Origin: Octopus bimaculoides
Lineage: Eukaryota
Assembly (NCBI RefSeq): GCF_001194135.2
Contig: NC_068982.1
Span: 153,558,375 to 153,622,374 of the forward strand
Direction of reading: 5' to 3'
Length of the DNA stretch: 64,000 bases
Shown: positions 1 through 12,110 of the stretch, one piece after another
Position numbering within the stretch: position 1 is the stretch's first letter
Layout: every line of letters begins with the position of its first letter
The notes under the pieces: model-generated
What the model was told of the DNA's origin: nothing
Database searches by the model: none
What the model saw: the letters and a program-made list of their open reading frames with translations, nothing else
Made by a program: the position numbers and the translations under genes

Positions 1-29
1 ATCTTATATATATATACATATACATATAT

Positions 30-300
30 GCGTGTGTGTGAATGAGTATATATGTTATAGCCTTCAACTAAACTTGACTAAGGGTGTGAATAACACCTAC
101 ATTGCTAGTAATAGGAGCGAAAATACTCCATTGCTATTACACAGCACGTAACATATACTCAGATAGGAGCTACAATACCAAACCGAGGATTCCTTAGACT
201 GACCGGCGAGTTTCGGTTTTGCCGTAGCCATCTTCAGTAAAGCCAACTCGTTCGGTTAATTTCGGGCTACCTCGCCTCTAAGGGTATATATATTCACCAT
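30..300 (-). mobile_element. Penelope-like pseudo-LTR / hammerhead-bearing repeat fragment
   Basis: Hammerhead motif on the minus strand followed by ~140 nt of non-coding sequence ending in a (TA)/(TG) microsatellite, the same layout as the other hammerhead repeats in this window. Boundaries approximate; PLE assignment is inference. Confidence 0.45.
192..242 (-). ncRNA. Type I hammerhead ribozyme motif with canonical core
   Basis: Minus strand reads CUUUA-CUGAAGA-U-GG(CUACGGCAAAA)CC-GAA-ACU(CGCCGGUC)AGU-C^UAAGG. It has the complete CUGANGA/GAAA/GUC core, helix I CUUUA:UAAGG, helix III ACU:AGU and a short helix II. Confidence 0.72.
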
Positions 301-702
301 AAAAATCTATGGATAATTTAGCAGATCGCTAATGTGTATATCAAAATTAATAAAAAAACAGATGTTTGCAACGTTATACTGCAAATGAAAAGTATAGACG
401 TCAACCAAACTTGACTGCAATCGTCCCGACCACCGAACCGAGAATTCTTTAGACCGACCAGCACGTTTGGTGTTTAGGGTTAAAAGAATCGAAAATGAAA
501 TCATGTGATCATTCACAAAGTTCGAAATCACTGTGATATGGGTGTGTCTGATTTCCTTTTCGATTCTTCTCGTGTATGGTACGAGGTCTTAAAATTTTAC
601 TACCCGTTCCTTCGATTTCGCCCCTGTGCTCAAGTGAAACCTGTGATTTTGAGTTGTTTTAACTGCTATCTTTAGCATGCTGGTGCTACAAGTAGTACCC
701 TC

Positions 703-819
703 CGTTATATACGAGGGTGTATGACGTTATATACGAGGGTGTATGAAAAGTCTTGAGCCTCAAAGCACAAAACATGGTATAAGACTTCAAGACTCAAAAC
801 ATTTCATACACACCTCGTA
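703..819. mobile_element. Tiny Tc1/mariner-type MITE (732-819) with tandemly duplicated left end
   Basis: Left TIR tacgagggtgtatgaaa (732-748) matches right tttcatacacacctcgta (802-819) with one extra base, and both ends carry TA. The 22-mer cgttatatacgagggtgtatga is exactly duplicated at 703-724 and 725-746. Confidence 0.72.
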
Positions 820-889
820 CATATATATATAGGAAGATAAAAACTGAAAAATTAAGAAAAACGGAATCAAAATTGTTAAGAGAACAAAC

Positions 890-1560
890 AGAAAATAATA
901 TCTCGCTGACTGGTTGTTAGCTACGTTACGATGCTTCATTTTGCATTTATTTCGAGCCTGTTTGCTACACTCACTCACAATATATCATGCCTTCATTCCA
1001 CGAAGTGGTGATTCACTACTCTTACGTATTTGAAACTCTGTGTAATCAGGTCTCAGCTTGTTTCGGAGGACTGCATTTCAATGCCTCAGTGCTTCCTTTC
1101 AGATTACTTCTCCTTAGCCACCTTCAGGTGTCGGTCTTGTATTTCCCTTCCTTCTCTGTAAGCTATTGCCCAAACATCGCTTTCACTTGCCTCGCTGTTC
1201 AATCTTTGTCCTCCATATTGTTTCTTTAATGCTTTTAGATGTCTCACATTTTCAGTAGTTTCTTTGATGCTATTTCTAACAGCAACCAACGATGTTTTGT
1301 TATTATTTGCAGTATTAGTATTTTCATTTTCTTTTATATCTTCCAAGTTTCTGCCTCCTCAAATGCCTCATGTAATCATCCAGTATTACTTCTACAAAGA
1401 AATCTGCTTTCGACCTTCAGCCAAGTTACTTTAACACAAGACTTGCGCTGCCATCAACCTCACTATGAGCTTATGTGCACAATTCGAGCTTTAGCCATTA
1501 CATTTTTAGAATCATTCAAATAGTATTTTTAAGGCGATTTTTAATAAAATTGGAACTCAT
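890..1560 (-). mobile_element. Degenerate R4/Dong-clade (RLE) non-LTR retrotransposon fragment
   Basis: Minus frames give RWLRRSNLKGSTEALKCSPPKQA and VSECSKQARNKCKMKHRNVAN. These resemble the W.WL....LK..TE.LI.AAQEQAL and HIVS.C..LA..EYK.RHD.VA segments of R4-clade ORFs. Many stops and frameshifts. Confidence 0.62.
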
Positions 1561-2330
1561 TGTTTCTATACCAGTTGTGTTACAAGGTACATTCTTCTAA
1601 CTAATTAGTTAATTAACTTACGGAGATCGATTTTTGAACTTCTTCAGTACATTAGAATAGGCTTTTGCATACTTCAAAAGAAAAAAAATATAGCATATCA
1701 GATAATTTCATTATCGTCTAAACGGGTTTCATTGTTGTGGGATATTATCTTCAGGAGTACTCATATATATGTATGTGCACATTTACACTGTGATGGTGCG
1801 CGTGTGTTTTGCCTGTTTATGGTATTAAACAAACTTAATTTCTCAAGCTGTGTGGAGACATAGTTCGCAAATTACTATTACTTCATGCCATATGAGACGC
1901 ACTTTTCATTTTGAATTGAACTTTAAGGGAATTACTTTAAGAGAATTATGGTTTTCATGATATTGTTTGTATTTCACAGTTGTAAATAAATAGACTTAAA
2001 TTGGTTAAAAACAGCTCCATCATCGAACCTGCGCTCACTGTTTCACCATACCAGCTACTAAAAACAACAAAATCCATTTACCACCATACACAACAAATTT
2101 ATAACATTGTTTCTTATTCCTATGATACACGAGATAAGTCTTCCTACGGTTATCACCTTTTCCTAATCCTCACAATGCAGTCAGAATGCATACACATATT
2201 GACTCAATAGTAAAATAAGATAGCATTTTGATATTTTTCTTCCCAATTTTAAAATACCTGCGGGCAATTGTTTTTATCGATGCAAATTGTAAATATACAT
2301 CTACTTATAAGTGCATGTCCCTTGTGTGTG

Positions 2331-2334
2331 TATA

Positions 2335-2400
<66 letters not shown>

Positions 2401-2431
2401 GAGAGAGAGGGGGGGGGAGATAAATAGATAG

Positions 2432-2493
<62 letters not shown>

Positions 2494-2507
2494 CGTACAT
2501 ACATACA
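2331..2507. repeat. Compound microsatellite (TA)n-(GA)n-G-run-(CA)n-(TA)n-(TACA)n
   Basis: Seen directly in sequence. Confidence 0.97.
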
Positions 2508-5040
2508 TGATGGTTGTTTCATCTTCACAGATGATAGCCGTCCCATCAACACACACACCACGCCCCATCACACAACACCGTCCTTCTGTTGATGAGCCCT
2601 CAGATGACTTTTAAGACCAGCTGCTGACTGACTGGATTTAAAACACAGGTGACATATATTATTCAAGTTTCTTCTATATCTTTGCCCTTTGGAATTTGAT
2701 TCTGAACGAATGCTTTTGTGAACTAGCATATGTCTTTTAATCCAGATATTGTCTACCAAGTTTTGTGACATATGACAAAAGTGGTAAGCGGCGGTCGGGT
2801 TTCAAGATTGTTACCTACCTGGGCATTTGTATTTCATGTGACTTCATATGACTCACGCATCCTGCTTTTGGCAGCACAACACGATCGCACATGATACATC
2901 CCCAATGTTCCCTTTTGAGTTCAGTTCCAATTGTTCCTCTGCGACAGACCCTTTTAAACTCAGAGTGCTGAATCATCTTTTCCTCCCAGGAATTCCAACC
3001 AGTCCTAACAGTACCTCTCCACTTGTTCCGATCCACATTTTCTTTCACACAGTCTTTATACCTTTTCCTCGGCTTATGTTGTGGTCGCTTACCAAATTTG
3101 GGCTCAGCATAAAAAAGTCGTTTTGGCAATCTTCATCTTTTATTCTAATATCATGTCCAGCCCATCCCATTTGAGCCAAGATAACATGTTGTTCAATTAA
3201 GCTACAATGCGCCATGCGCAAAACTTCTGGATTTTGTATGAAACATTCCCACTTGTCTCCCAAAGTGCGTCTGAGGCACTTTTGTGAACATTTCTCCAGC
3301 ATTTTCATATAAAGACTCTAAGTAATTTGTGTCTCACTCGAATAAAGAAGTGCAGTATATACACACGTTTTATAGACACTGATTTTTGTCTACAGGCAAA
3401 TATCTCTATCCGACTATACTCGCATTTCGAGCTTACCTATTCGATAGTATATCTATGCCTCGTGACCACCATCTCTTGACAGAGTGCTTCCAAGGTAAAC
3501 AAAGGTGTCAATGACTTTTAACCTTATCCCATTCACAAAAATGTTTTGTTCAGAATATGTTTGTCCTGGCGTGGGAGTGAATATTACTTTGGTCTTCCCA
3601 AGACTAATTGTGAGTCCAAAATGTACACATGCAGTGGAAAATCTGTCCATTATATGTGGTTTATCCTCCTCTGAGTGTGCCAACAAATCAGCACCATCAG
3701 TGTCTCTTACAAGTGTTTTGAAGGTCTTTGCTTTGCAGTTAAACTGGGTCAGATTAAACATGCGACCAGATGTCCGAAATCTGATTCCGATCGCCTTGTG
3801 GCATTCCTTGAAAGCATGCCGAAGCAATACAGCAAAACAGAGAAAAGTGTAGGGGTAAACATTTCCTCCTGTTTGACACTGCTGTCCACCGAAAATTCAT
3901 GAGATAACTCATCATTAAAGACTACCTCAGCTTTCGTGTTTTTGTGTAGATGCTTACACAAAACAATCCACAGTACGCCCTTATTTACCGTCTCAAATGC
4001 CTTAGTTAAATCTATGAAGATCTGGTATAGTGGCATTTCTTCCTCTAAGCATTTCTCCTAAACTTGCCTCGCAGAAAATATTTCCATTGTCCTCGCTCAG
4101 GTCTGAAACTACACTGTTCTTCGGGAATCACATGTGGACATATGGACAATTGTTGACACATATTCATTCCTGTGGCATAGAAGATTTATTCCTACTTGGT
4201 TTATAAGGTTATGAATTTCAAACGAAATATGAACGCCACCCGCTTTCAGAATTTCAACTGGAATATCATTCAATCCAGAAACTTTACTTGATCTCAGTTT
4301 TTATAATGTCAGATTTACTCCTTCAGTGGTGGGCGTATCGTTCATATGTTGCACTATCTCTCTTTGTGGAATGTTGTTTAGGAAATCCATGTTCACTATA
4401 GAAGGGTTGTAAAAAAGATCTGCAAAATGTCCTCTTTATCTATTCATTATTCCACGAGGATCTTTAAAAACCTCATTTCCATCTTTTGACTTCAAGAAAA
4501 CATATGATGAAGATTGGGGTGAAAACGCTTACCGCAATAAAATATAAAAACTTTTAGTGTCTTTCTTATCATAGGCCGCCTGTAATTCCTCAGATAAACT
4601 CTTCACCAAGTGTCTTTAAGCCAACCGAGTTCTTTTTGCGGGTCTGCTTTCTGAGACTTGTACAACTTTTCTAGTTGCATTTTGTTCTTTAGCCTTGGGC
4701 CAAGAAGCTTTTCATAAGTGGATCACTTTGTTGCTAAAAGCTGATTTAACACCATATCATTGGAATCAAACCAATATCGGTGCTGTTTCCTCTTAAAACT
4801 TAACACTTCTGATCCTATTTTATATATTACCTCCTGAAACGAATCCCACGAGCCATTAAATTGAACATTGCTGCATCTCTACTAGAAAGAGAATAACTTT
4901 GGACAACTGGTTCGAAACATACAGCTTCTGTATCCAGATTATAAATCTGAATTTATACCAATATTGGTACACCTGGCTTTGAGAGTAAATGCCTCAATGG
5001 CAATCTGGATAGGCTAGGTCTTTCAGAAAAAGAAATCAAC
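2508..5040 (-). mobile_element. 5'-truncated, frameshifted RTE-clade LINE (RT and C-terminal zinc-finger-like region)
   Basis: Minus-strand peptides include KRKQHRYWFDSND, PLYQIFIDLTKAFETV (RT), ADLLAHSEED..HIMDRFSTACVHFGLTISLGKTKV..FVYLGSTLS and MPKRLFYAE..GKRPQHKPRKRYKD. C-terminal motifs are CIMCDRVVLPKAGCVSHMKSH and CHLCFKSSQSAAGLKSHLRAH. The 3' end ...aaacaaccatca runs into a microsatellite. Confidence 0.92.
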
Positions 5041-5232
5041 CAACTTTCTCGCACATTACAACTACAATCCTTAAGTTGAACATTAAATATATGCAAATAT
5101 TTTCGCAAGTTTGAAATGTTATATTGATTTATCTACATAACAACCATAAAGTTCCGTACCTTTGTTAGAAACCAGCTCCTTCGTCGAAGAACTTAAATAT
5201 TCAAAACCAGAACATACATATGTACGTACATG

Positions 5233-5274
<42 letters not shown>

Positions 5275-5277
<3 letters not shown>

Positions 5278-5462
5278 GAGAATATACAAATAATAACAAC
5301 AGACGAGGACAGGTGGTGTAAATAACAAAAGTATATATTAGTATGACGCTCGGGAATACGGAAAGTCTTTGACGTTTCGAGCTACGCTCTTCAACAGAAA
5401 GAATACAGAGACAAGGAGAAAAACACGGAGAAAAAAAAATTGAATAGTGTTCAGTCAACGGT
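5275..5462 (-). repeat. ~180-bp hammerhead-bearing interspersed repeat, copy A
   Basis: Shares gaagagcgtag(g)ctcgaaacgt-aaagac and ttcccgagcgt-a-actaata with the copies at 13.3, 32.0, 32.5 and 46.0 kb; 3' end abuts (TA)n. Confidence 0.85.
5366..5402 (-). ncRNA. Minimal type I hammerhead-like motif with variant core (A6U)
   Basis: UCUUU-CUGUUGA-A-GAGC(GUA)GCUC-GAAAC-GUC^AAAGA: 5-bp helix I, 4-bp helix II, palindromic ACGU in place of a helix III hairpin, GUC triplet. Activity untested. Confidence 0.6.
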
Positions 5463-5469
5463 CAATCAT

Positions 5470-5590
5470 TATGTATGTATGTATGTATGTATGTATGTAT
5501 GTATGTTTGTCTGTGTATATATATATATACACAGACAAACATACATACATACATACATACATACATACATACATACATACATACATAGAA
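5470..5590. repeat. (ATGT)n / (TACA)n microsatellites
   Basis: Seen directly. Confidence 0.95.
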
Positions 5591-6017
5591 TGTACGAGCA
5601 TTGCTTATTTACATTTCTAGTATGCATTTGTGTGTATGTATGTTTCTGTTTCGTGTATTTTAATGTCCCAGCTCGCTTCTTTCTTTTAATTCTTTTACGA
5701 TATAATTCACAATAGTATATTGTAGAAGTTACATAGGTTTAGAATATAAAAATGAGAAGTAACGAATATGGCTCATCAGAAAGAAGAAAAGTGTGAATAT
5801 AGAAACTAATATGCTTGTGAAAGAAGAATCAACTAATTATGAGGATTTAGAATTTAATTTTCTTCTATATAATTCTTTTTTTCTCCGCTTATGAAAACAT
5901 TTTGAAAAGAATTTTCGAATCCAAACAATAGATATAATCATTTTGAATTATATAGGTCAATATAAATCGATGTACGTTTTTGAGTCTGTGTTCTTACAAC
6001 ACAGATATACATAAAAA

Positions 6018-6126
<109 letters not shown>

Positions 6127-6572
6127 ATGCATGTATGTCTGTATGTATGTATGGATATAAGTATGTATGTATGTAGAATTAGAAATATAAAATACTTGGT
6201 ACATTATTACATAGCAGAAAAAGTGAGTAAAAAAGAATAGAAATGTTTTTCTCATAATTTTTCGAATTTAGTAATTAGATGTTTATAAATTCGGCGTTTA
6301 CAAATTGCAGCTCTGTTGTGATTTTTCCTGTATAAAAGTGGTTTTCAAGATGATATTTTACAGTTTGTTATGCAAGATCATATTTTACAGTTTGTAAGAC
6401 TCTTGAACTATGAGCATACAAACTCACACACATATATCAGTGAGAATATTGGCGTTCCGCCCTACGCACACTTCCGCACACACATATTTACAGATATGCA
6501 AACACACATATGTATCAATGAACATAAACTAATACATACATACATACATACATACATACATACATACATACA

Positions 6573-6603
<31 letters not shown>

Positions 6604-6869
6604 GCATACATATACATATGTATATGTATTAAAAAGAGAAGGAGAGTTAAGTGGATCAAGAGTAAAACAGCTATTTTGAATCCAGATGAAAACATCAAGC
6701 AAATACTGTCTCGGTAATCAAACTACATATACAAGTATGATTATCTACCCTTCTCTTCCCACCTTTTTATATATTCACAGAGTAGTATGCACATGTTTAT
6801 ATGTGTATATGTGTACAAAATAAAAAAATACGGCATATGAATATAGTGTTTATATGTGTGCATATATAG

Positions 6870-7375
6870 CAGGTCATCCTATAAATAATGTCCGGGTTTC
6901 TATATTTTCAATTTGTAAACACTTTAACAGTATTTTAGAATTTCTAACGGCATCAAATAATATTTATATGTATTTGAACATAATTAAACTAATCAAATTT
7001 CATTTTGCATGTAAATCTAATTGAAATTTCACTAATTACAGCTTTCAAAAAAAGGGAACACTACAGGTGAAGCTACTCGATATATTCATTCAGCATATGG
7101 AGAAGAGTGCCTGAATAAAAGAAGTTGCAGAAGATGGTTTGTATAATTCATAAGTGGAGATTTCAGCCTTGAAGATGAGGCCCGAACAGGACGTCCAATT
7201 GAATTTGATGACAAGCTCCTTTTGGCAGAGCTTGAAGTTCATGTAGATTTCATTTGAGGAATTGGCACGAAACTTCGTTCAAGCCATACAGCTGTTCACC
7301 GCTATCATCAATAGCTGGGAAAAGTCCCAAAACTTAGAAAATGGTATCTCATTATTTGTCTGAAGCCAACCGCAA
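6870..7375 (+). mobile_element. Degenerate mariner transposon (left end plus transposase HTH region)
   Basis: TIR-like start caggtcatcctataaataatg. Peptide YGEECLNKRSCRRWFV*FISGDFSLEDEARTGRPIEFDDKLL, then LGKVPKLRKW..H.LSEAN (WVPHEL-region equivalent). Confidence 0.85.
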
Positions 7376-7489
7376 TGTCCTACCCTCCCTTCATGCATCA
7401 TGCTTATCTGAACATTTTAAGCTTCTCAGTCGATTCATGCACACTTCCATGTGGTAGAGAACTGTCCTCGTATCGTACGGAAAGCCTGC

Positions 7490-7670
7490 TTTGAATTTCT
7501 ACCACTGAACCACCACCATCAGAGTAGAGACATTGGATCCCTGATCTACGTTCTGTGGTGCCAGCGGTGTGGGCATGCCTGAAATGCAAGAAAGAAAACT
7601 GTAGCGACCAGAGTCAAACCCCGATTACGTTACCACAGGAGTTACACTTTTAAGCACGGTATTGTTAAAT
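7490..7670 (-). mobile_element. Old tRNA-derived SINE remnant(s)
   Basis: Minus strand has tRNA-like ggtggttcagtggtagaa (A-box-like) and ggggtttgactc (degenerate B-box-like) segments; no complete cloverleaf. Confidence 0.35.
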
Positions 7671-8039
7671 GCAGTGCGACCAACGTAAAGAAAGTATAAC
7701 TTTTGACTTTCCTTGTATACGTACATACATACATACATACATATATACATACATACATACATACATACAAATGTGTGTGTGAGAGAGAGCTAGAGATAGC
7801 TTAGTTCTATGTAACAGAATGCATTAAAGTGTTCTCTATGTGCAGATGATCCAGCACAGGTAGGCATCTAAATGCATGTGGAACACCCAATGTTGAGTTC
7901 CAAATACATGCAATGGTGAAACGTACGTAGGAACTAATAATTTACCAAGTTGAGTCAAATGGATTTTTTTTTCTTCTCATATTTCAAGCTTTAATTAATT
8001 TTTCAAAGTAATTATATTTGAAAAGCGTTTAGTCATCAG

Positions 8040-8200
8040 AATTCACCTTCTTACGGAGGTATCGATTGATGATGCTTTGTGAAGGACCAAGTTCTGCTGT
8101 AAGATTGCTTGTGCTTGGATGTTCAACTTCACCAAGCAAAGCCCTATGTTCCACAGCAGAAGGTCTTGGTGACATTTGTTTAACATCGAGCCTGGTAGGA
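8040..8200 (-). mobile_element. Mariner transposase HTH fragment
   Basis: Minus frame SPRPSAVEHRALLGEVEHPSTSNLTAELGPSQSIINRYLRK resembles the mariner GRP..VD...L...VE.DP..STR.LA.ELG.S.STV.RHL segment. Confidence 0.5.
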
Positions 8201-8780
8201 TACGGGATGAGAAAGTAATTTACGGCATCTATTGTGCCACTGACAACTTCGCAGTACTAATTGAAGTTAATGGGAACTTTTTGTTCATTTCTCGTTATAT
8301 TATGCAAATTATATTTGACTAATAATGTTTACGATCCTTTTTTGATATGTAAAATAGCCAAATGTGGTTTCAAAGAGAGTTATAACAATACTTATCTGTT
8401 GATTTCTATTAAGATAGAAACACATATTCAAGGTTGTCCTTTGCCTGCCAAACGAAATCCGTGTCTTTCATTTTTAGCATGATAATTTGGCAGGAAACGT
8501 TTCCTATTTTTAATATTACTCCTTGTTCTGTTTATTGCTATTAATCACCGCTAAATTCTTGTTTATCCTTGTGGCAGTTGGTTCCTGCTTCAAACGAAAT
8601 GGGAAGATAAACTCAAGAACTAAGAATTCTTCAATACTGTCATATCATAAAAGAAATGATATTATGGTTGTTGGAGATAAGAGGACTACTGTGGACTCGC
8701 TTTTCTGCTTGAGTGTTCATCATCACAAAAAGAAAATGATTATCTTTGTTATAATAATACATATACATTCATACAATCAT

Positions 8781-8783
<3 letters not shown>

Positions 8784-8877
<94 letters not shown>

Positions 8878-8921
8878 CATACATACATACATACATACAT
8901 ACATACATACATACATACATA
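8784..8921. repeat. Compound microsatellite (CA)n-(TA)n-(TACA)n
   Basis: Seen directly. Confidence 0.97.
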
Positions 8922-9779
8922 CAGAATCAAGAGGCTTATATAAAATATATACCTACCAAATACCCAACTGATTTCGACGACTAAACAGTAGATTAAAAGA
9001 TATATTACCGACGTCCGAAGATGTGGGTTGATTGATACCCGAACCATGTGGTTAGCAGAATGCAAAGAACATTTCTTTATCTATGTCTGATAAACATATT
9101 ATCTATGTCTGATAAATATTTTAAACTAGCATCACAACAGAGCCATCATCTTGCACATTTCACGAGACCTTTCCTGTCTCAACCCCTGCATTTAATTATT
9201 GCAATATATTCATTTTCAAATAATTTTTGACATTATATGTCCCATCGAAACTTTTTAAACCAGAAATAAATCCAAAGAGAAACATTAAAAAATGTGCCAT
9301 TATCTCATAAGTTTATGAAACTATCATATGGTGATGGAGAATTATTGCTGCCAGCTATAAAATATTCCAAATCGATAAATATATATTATTAAGAAGGCCA
9401 TGTGAAGACAACAGAATACATGAAGATAACAAATACTTGGTCTATTTCTGGAATATAACAATAAGATATTGTTTTTATCTCTAGTGAGGTGCATAAAACC
9501 TCCCAAGATTTGTTGATTATTATTTTTTGTCTATAGCGGTAGTAAATGAGTCAGTCAATACTTTGCAGCGTTATATATTATAATCATACCCACAAACACA
9601 CACATGTACACACACACGTACGCACGCACAACACACACACACACACACATGTGCACAATTACATGTATACACACACATTTATGCTGCGTTTTTAGATGAA
9701 TTTGTTCGCTTTTTTCATGTTTTAACATTTATTTTTATCCACAATTTTAACAAATCAGTTAATAATATATCCTTGTTTA

Positions 9780-10400
9780 TTGTTCCCGGCGTTTTCAGTT
9801 CCACGATGTTATTGAACGAAAACCTTGCAGACTCTTAGAAAGGGACCACAAAATGTAATAATCTGAAGGCGTTATATGAGGATAATTCGGTTGCTGCGGA
9901 GGACCTGTGAACTGAGCTCCGGAATAGCGTTTATAATCAATGGACAGCAGACGCGGCAGCGTTATTTTGAAAGAGCACGTTGAGTCGGCATCCGGGTCGT
10001 TTGAACTGGATTGGTATTCGAAGGGCCACGATATCAGAAGAACATCTCATCAGCTGGGCTAAGTTCTTAATGGAATGAAGCGGATCTCGTGGATATGTTC
10101 ATTCAAGCGATTTTCATTGAACTGAATAGGTCGCCCGAAAGGCAAAGAGTCTGTGATTTGGAATTTCCCTTCCCTGAAGCATGAAAACCATTTGTGTGCA
10201 GTTCTTTCAATAACAGTGCCTTCATCGTGCTCACCGCAAGTATTTGAACGGTTTTTACAGCTTTTGAGCCTTGATTGAAAGCGAAGAGGAGTAGATGTTC
10301 AAAATACTCATGTTTGCTACTTGCCACACCAGCGTCATATGTCTGAAAAGCGGAAAAGATTTATCCAAATTTCAAAGACAATAAGCAAACTTTGTAGCAG
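9780..10400 (-). mobile_element. Degenerate mariner transposon (transposase N-terminal part)
   Basis: ORF 10103-10327 begins MASSKHEYFEHLLLFAFNQGSKAVKT (mariner N-terminus); frameshifted continuation through GRP/HTH and downstream transposase sequence. Confidence 0.82.
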
Positions 10401-11091
10401 AAAACTAGAACTACAGAAAATCATAAGGCACTACGATAATATAAATGTTCGTGTTAATTGAAATGATTTGGAAAGAGGCAAATTTCTCTGAGAACTCAAT
10501 ATACACATACACAAATATATTTACATACTTACTTATAAAGAGTTATTTGTAAGGGATTATAATCCAGGAAAGTTTCTCAATCAATACAAATACATTAGGC
10601 TATGATAGTGTTTTCAGATGGGTTTAGAACGGCACAAAATTGTAAGGCAAGGTCCAAGGTCAAGGTCCATCACAGGATGCACACTCAAGTTAAACTGCTC
10701 TTTAAGACAGAGGGTTATACAAGAAAAGATATTAGCAATGAGCTTTGCATATTTCTTTATTTTGGTATATTGACTTACAGCTGTTTCTTATATGCATCGT
10801 AGATCTATTTATGATTCCGTTTACTCGATGGGTCTATTGACTGACTGAAAAAAAAGAACAACCTTAACAAGTGCTATCATAAAATTCTGAGCGCTGACTC
10901 CGACGATAAAAGCATTTTCTCTGGCCGGTAAATTTTTTCAGTCGTACAATAGACCGGTTGAGTTGACAGAACCATGAAAGCACCTATGATGTTTATCAGA
11001 AACACCTGTAAGTCAAGATGCACAAATAGAGAAATATGAAAAGCCAATTTTGTTTACCTTTTCATATATACATACATATATATATATATAT

Positions 11092-11589
11092 NNNNNNNNN
11101 NNNNNNNNNNNNNNNNNNNNNNNNNNNNNNNNNNNNNNNNNNNNNNNNNNNNNNNNNNNNNNNNNNNNNNNNNNNNNNNNNNNNNNNNNNNNNNNNNNNN
11201 NNNNNNNNNNNNNNNNNNNNNNNNNNNNNNNNNNNNNNNNNNNNNNNNNNNNNNNNNNNNNNNNNNNNNNNNNNNNNNNNNNNNNNNNNNNNNNNNNNNN
11301 NNNNNNNNNNNNNNNNNNNNNNNNNNNNNNNNNNNNNNNNNNNNNNNNNNNNNNNNNNNNNNNNNNNNNNNNNNNNNNNNNNNNNNNNNNNNNNNNNNNN
11401 NNNNNNNNNNNNNNNNNNNNNNNNNNNNNNNNNNNNNNNNNNNNNNNNNNNNNNNNNNNNNNNNNNNNNNNNNNNNNNNNNNNNNNNNNNNNNNNNNNNN
11501 NNNNNNNNNNNNNNNNNNNNNNNNNNNNNNNNNNNNNNNNNNNNNNNNNNNNNNNNNNNNNNNNNNNNNNNNNNNNNNNNNNNNNNNNN
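11092..11589. other. Assembly gap (N run) flanked by (TA)n
   Basis: N bases. Confidence 1.
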
Positions 11590-11637
<48 letters not shown>

Positions 11638-11699
11638 GCATACATATATACATACACACGCACACACGCACACACACACACGCATATATACCCAGAATT

Positions 11700-12110
11700 A
11701 ATACCAAATCTTCATGTCCAACAACTTGACTCCTCACAACGAAATGTTCGGTAAGTGCCTTCGCGGAAATATAGTTTACTGTGTTAAAGGATCACGTCAC
11801 AAAGTGCTCTATCGTTCTCACCGGGAACTCATTTAAATCCAGGTATACACTTTCCTACATGACGAAAACAATCTGCAACAAATGTTTCGAAATTTATTTG
11901 GATTATAAAAACACATCCATCACCAACTTCAATAATGAATTGTTTATTACAAAATCTGCCCCATTTCATATTTACGGTAACAAGAATTTAAAATCGTTAC
12001 ACAACCATTCAGATTATTAAATTACAAATCAGATTTGATTTCCTTAATCTCTGATCAAAGGACTCCATTCAAGATTCGTCAAACTACAAGCTGAATACTA
12101 CTCTACATGC
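11700..12110 (+). mobile_element. Penelope-like element, GIY-YIG endonuclease remnant
   Basis: GKCLRGNIVYC and LTGNSFKSRYTL peptides match the PLE endonuclease pattern C.L.G.CL..N.VY...YIG.T.N.FK.RY; frameshifted. Confidence 0.68.

Noticed and set aside
1715-1760. Minus-strand CUGAAGA...GAAACCCGUU
   Set aside because: Helix II closing pair and helix I complementarity are absent.
6346-6395. Short local tandem duplications (also ~9077-9115, ~44843-44890, ~46891-46920)
   Set aside because: Ordinary 11-27-bp slippage duplications; no spacer architecture, so not CRISPR-like.
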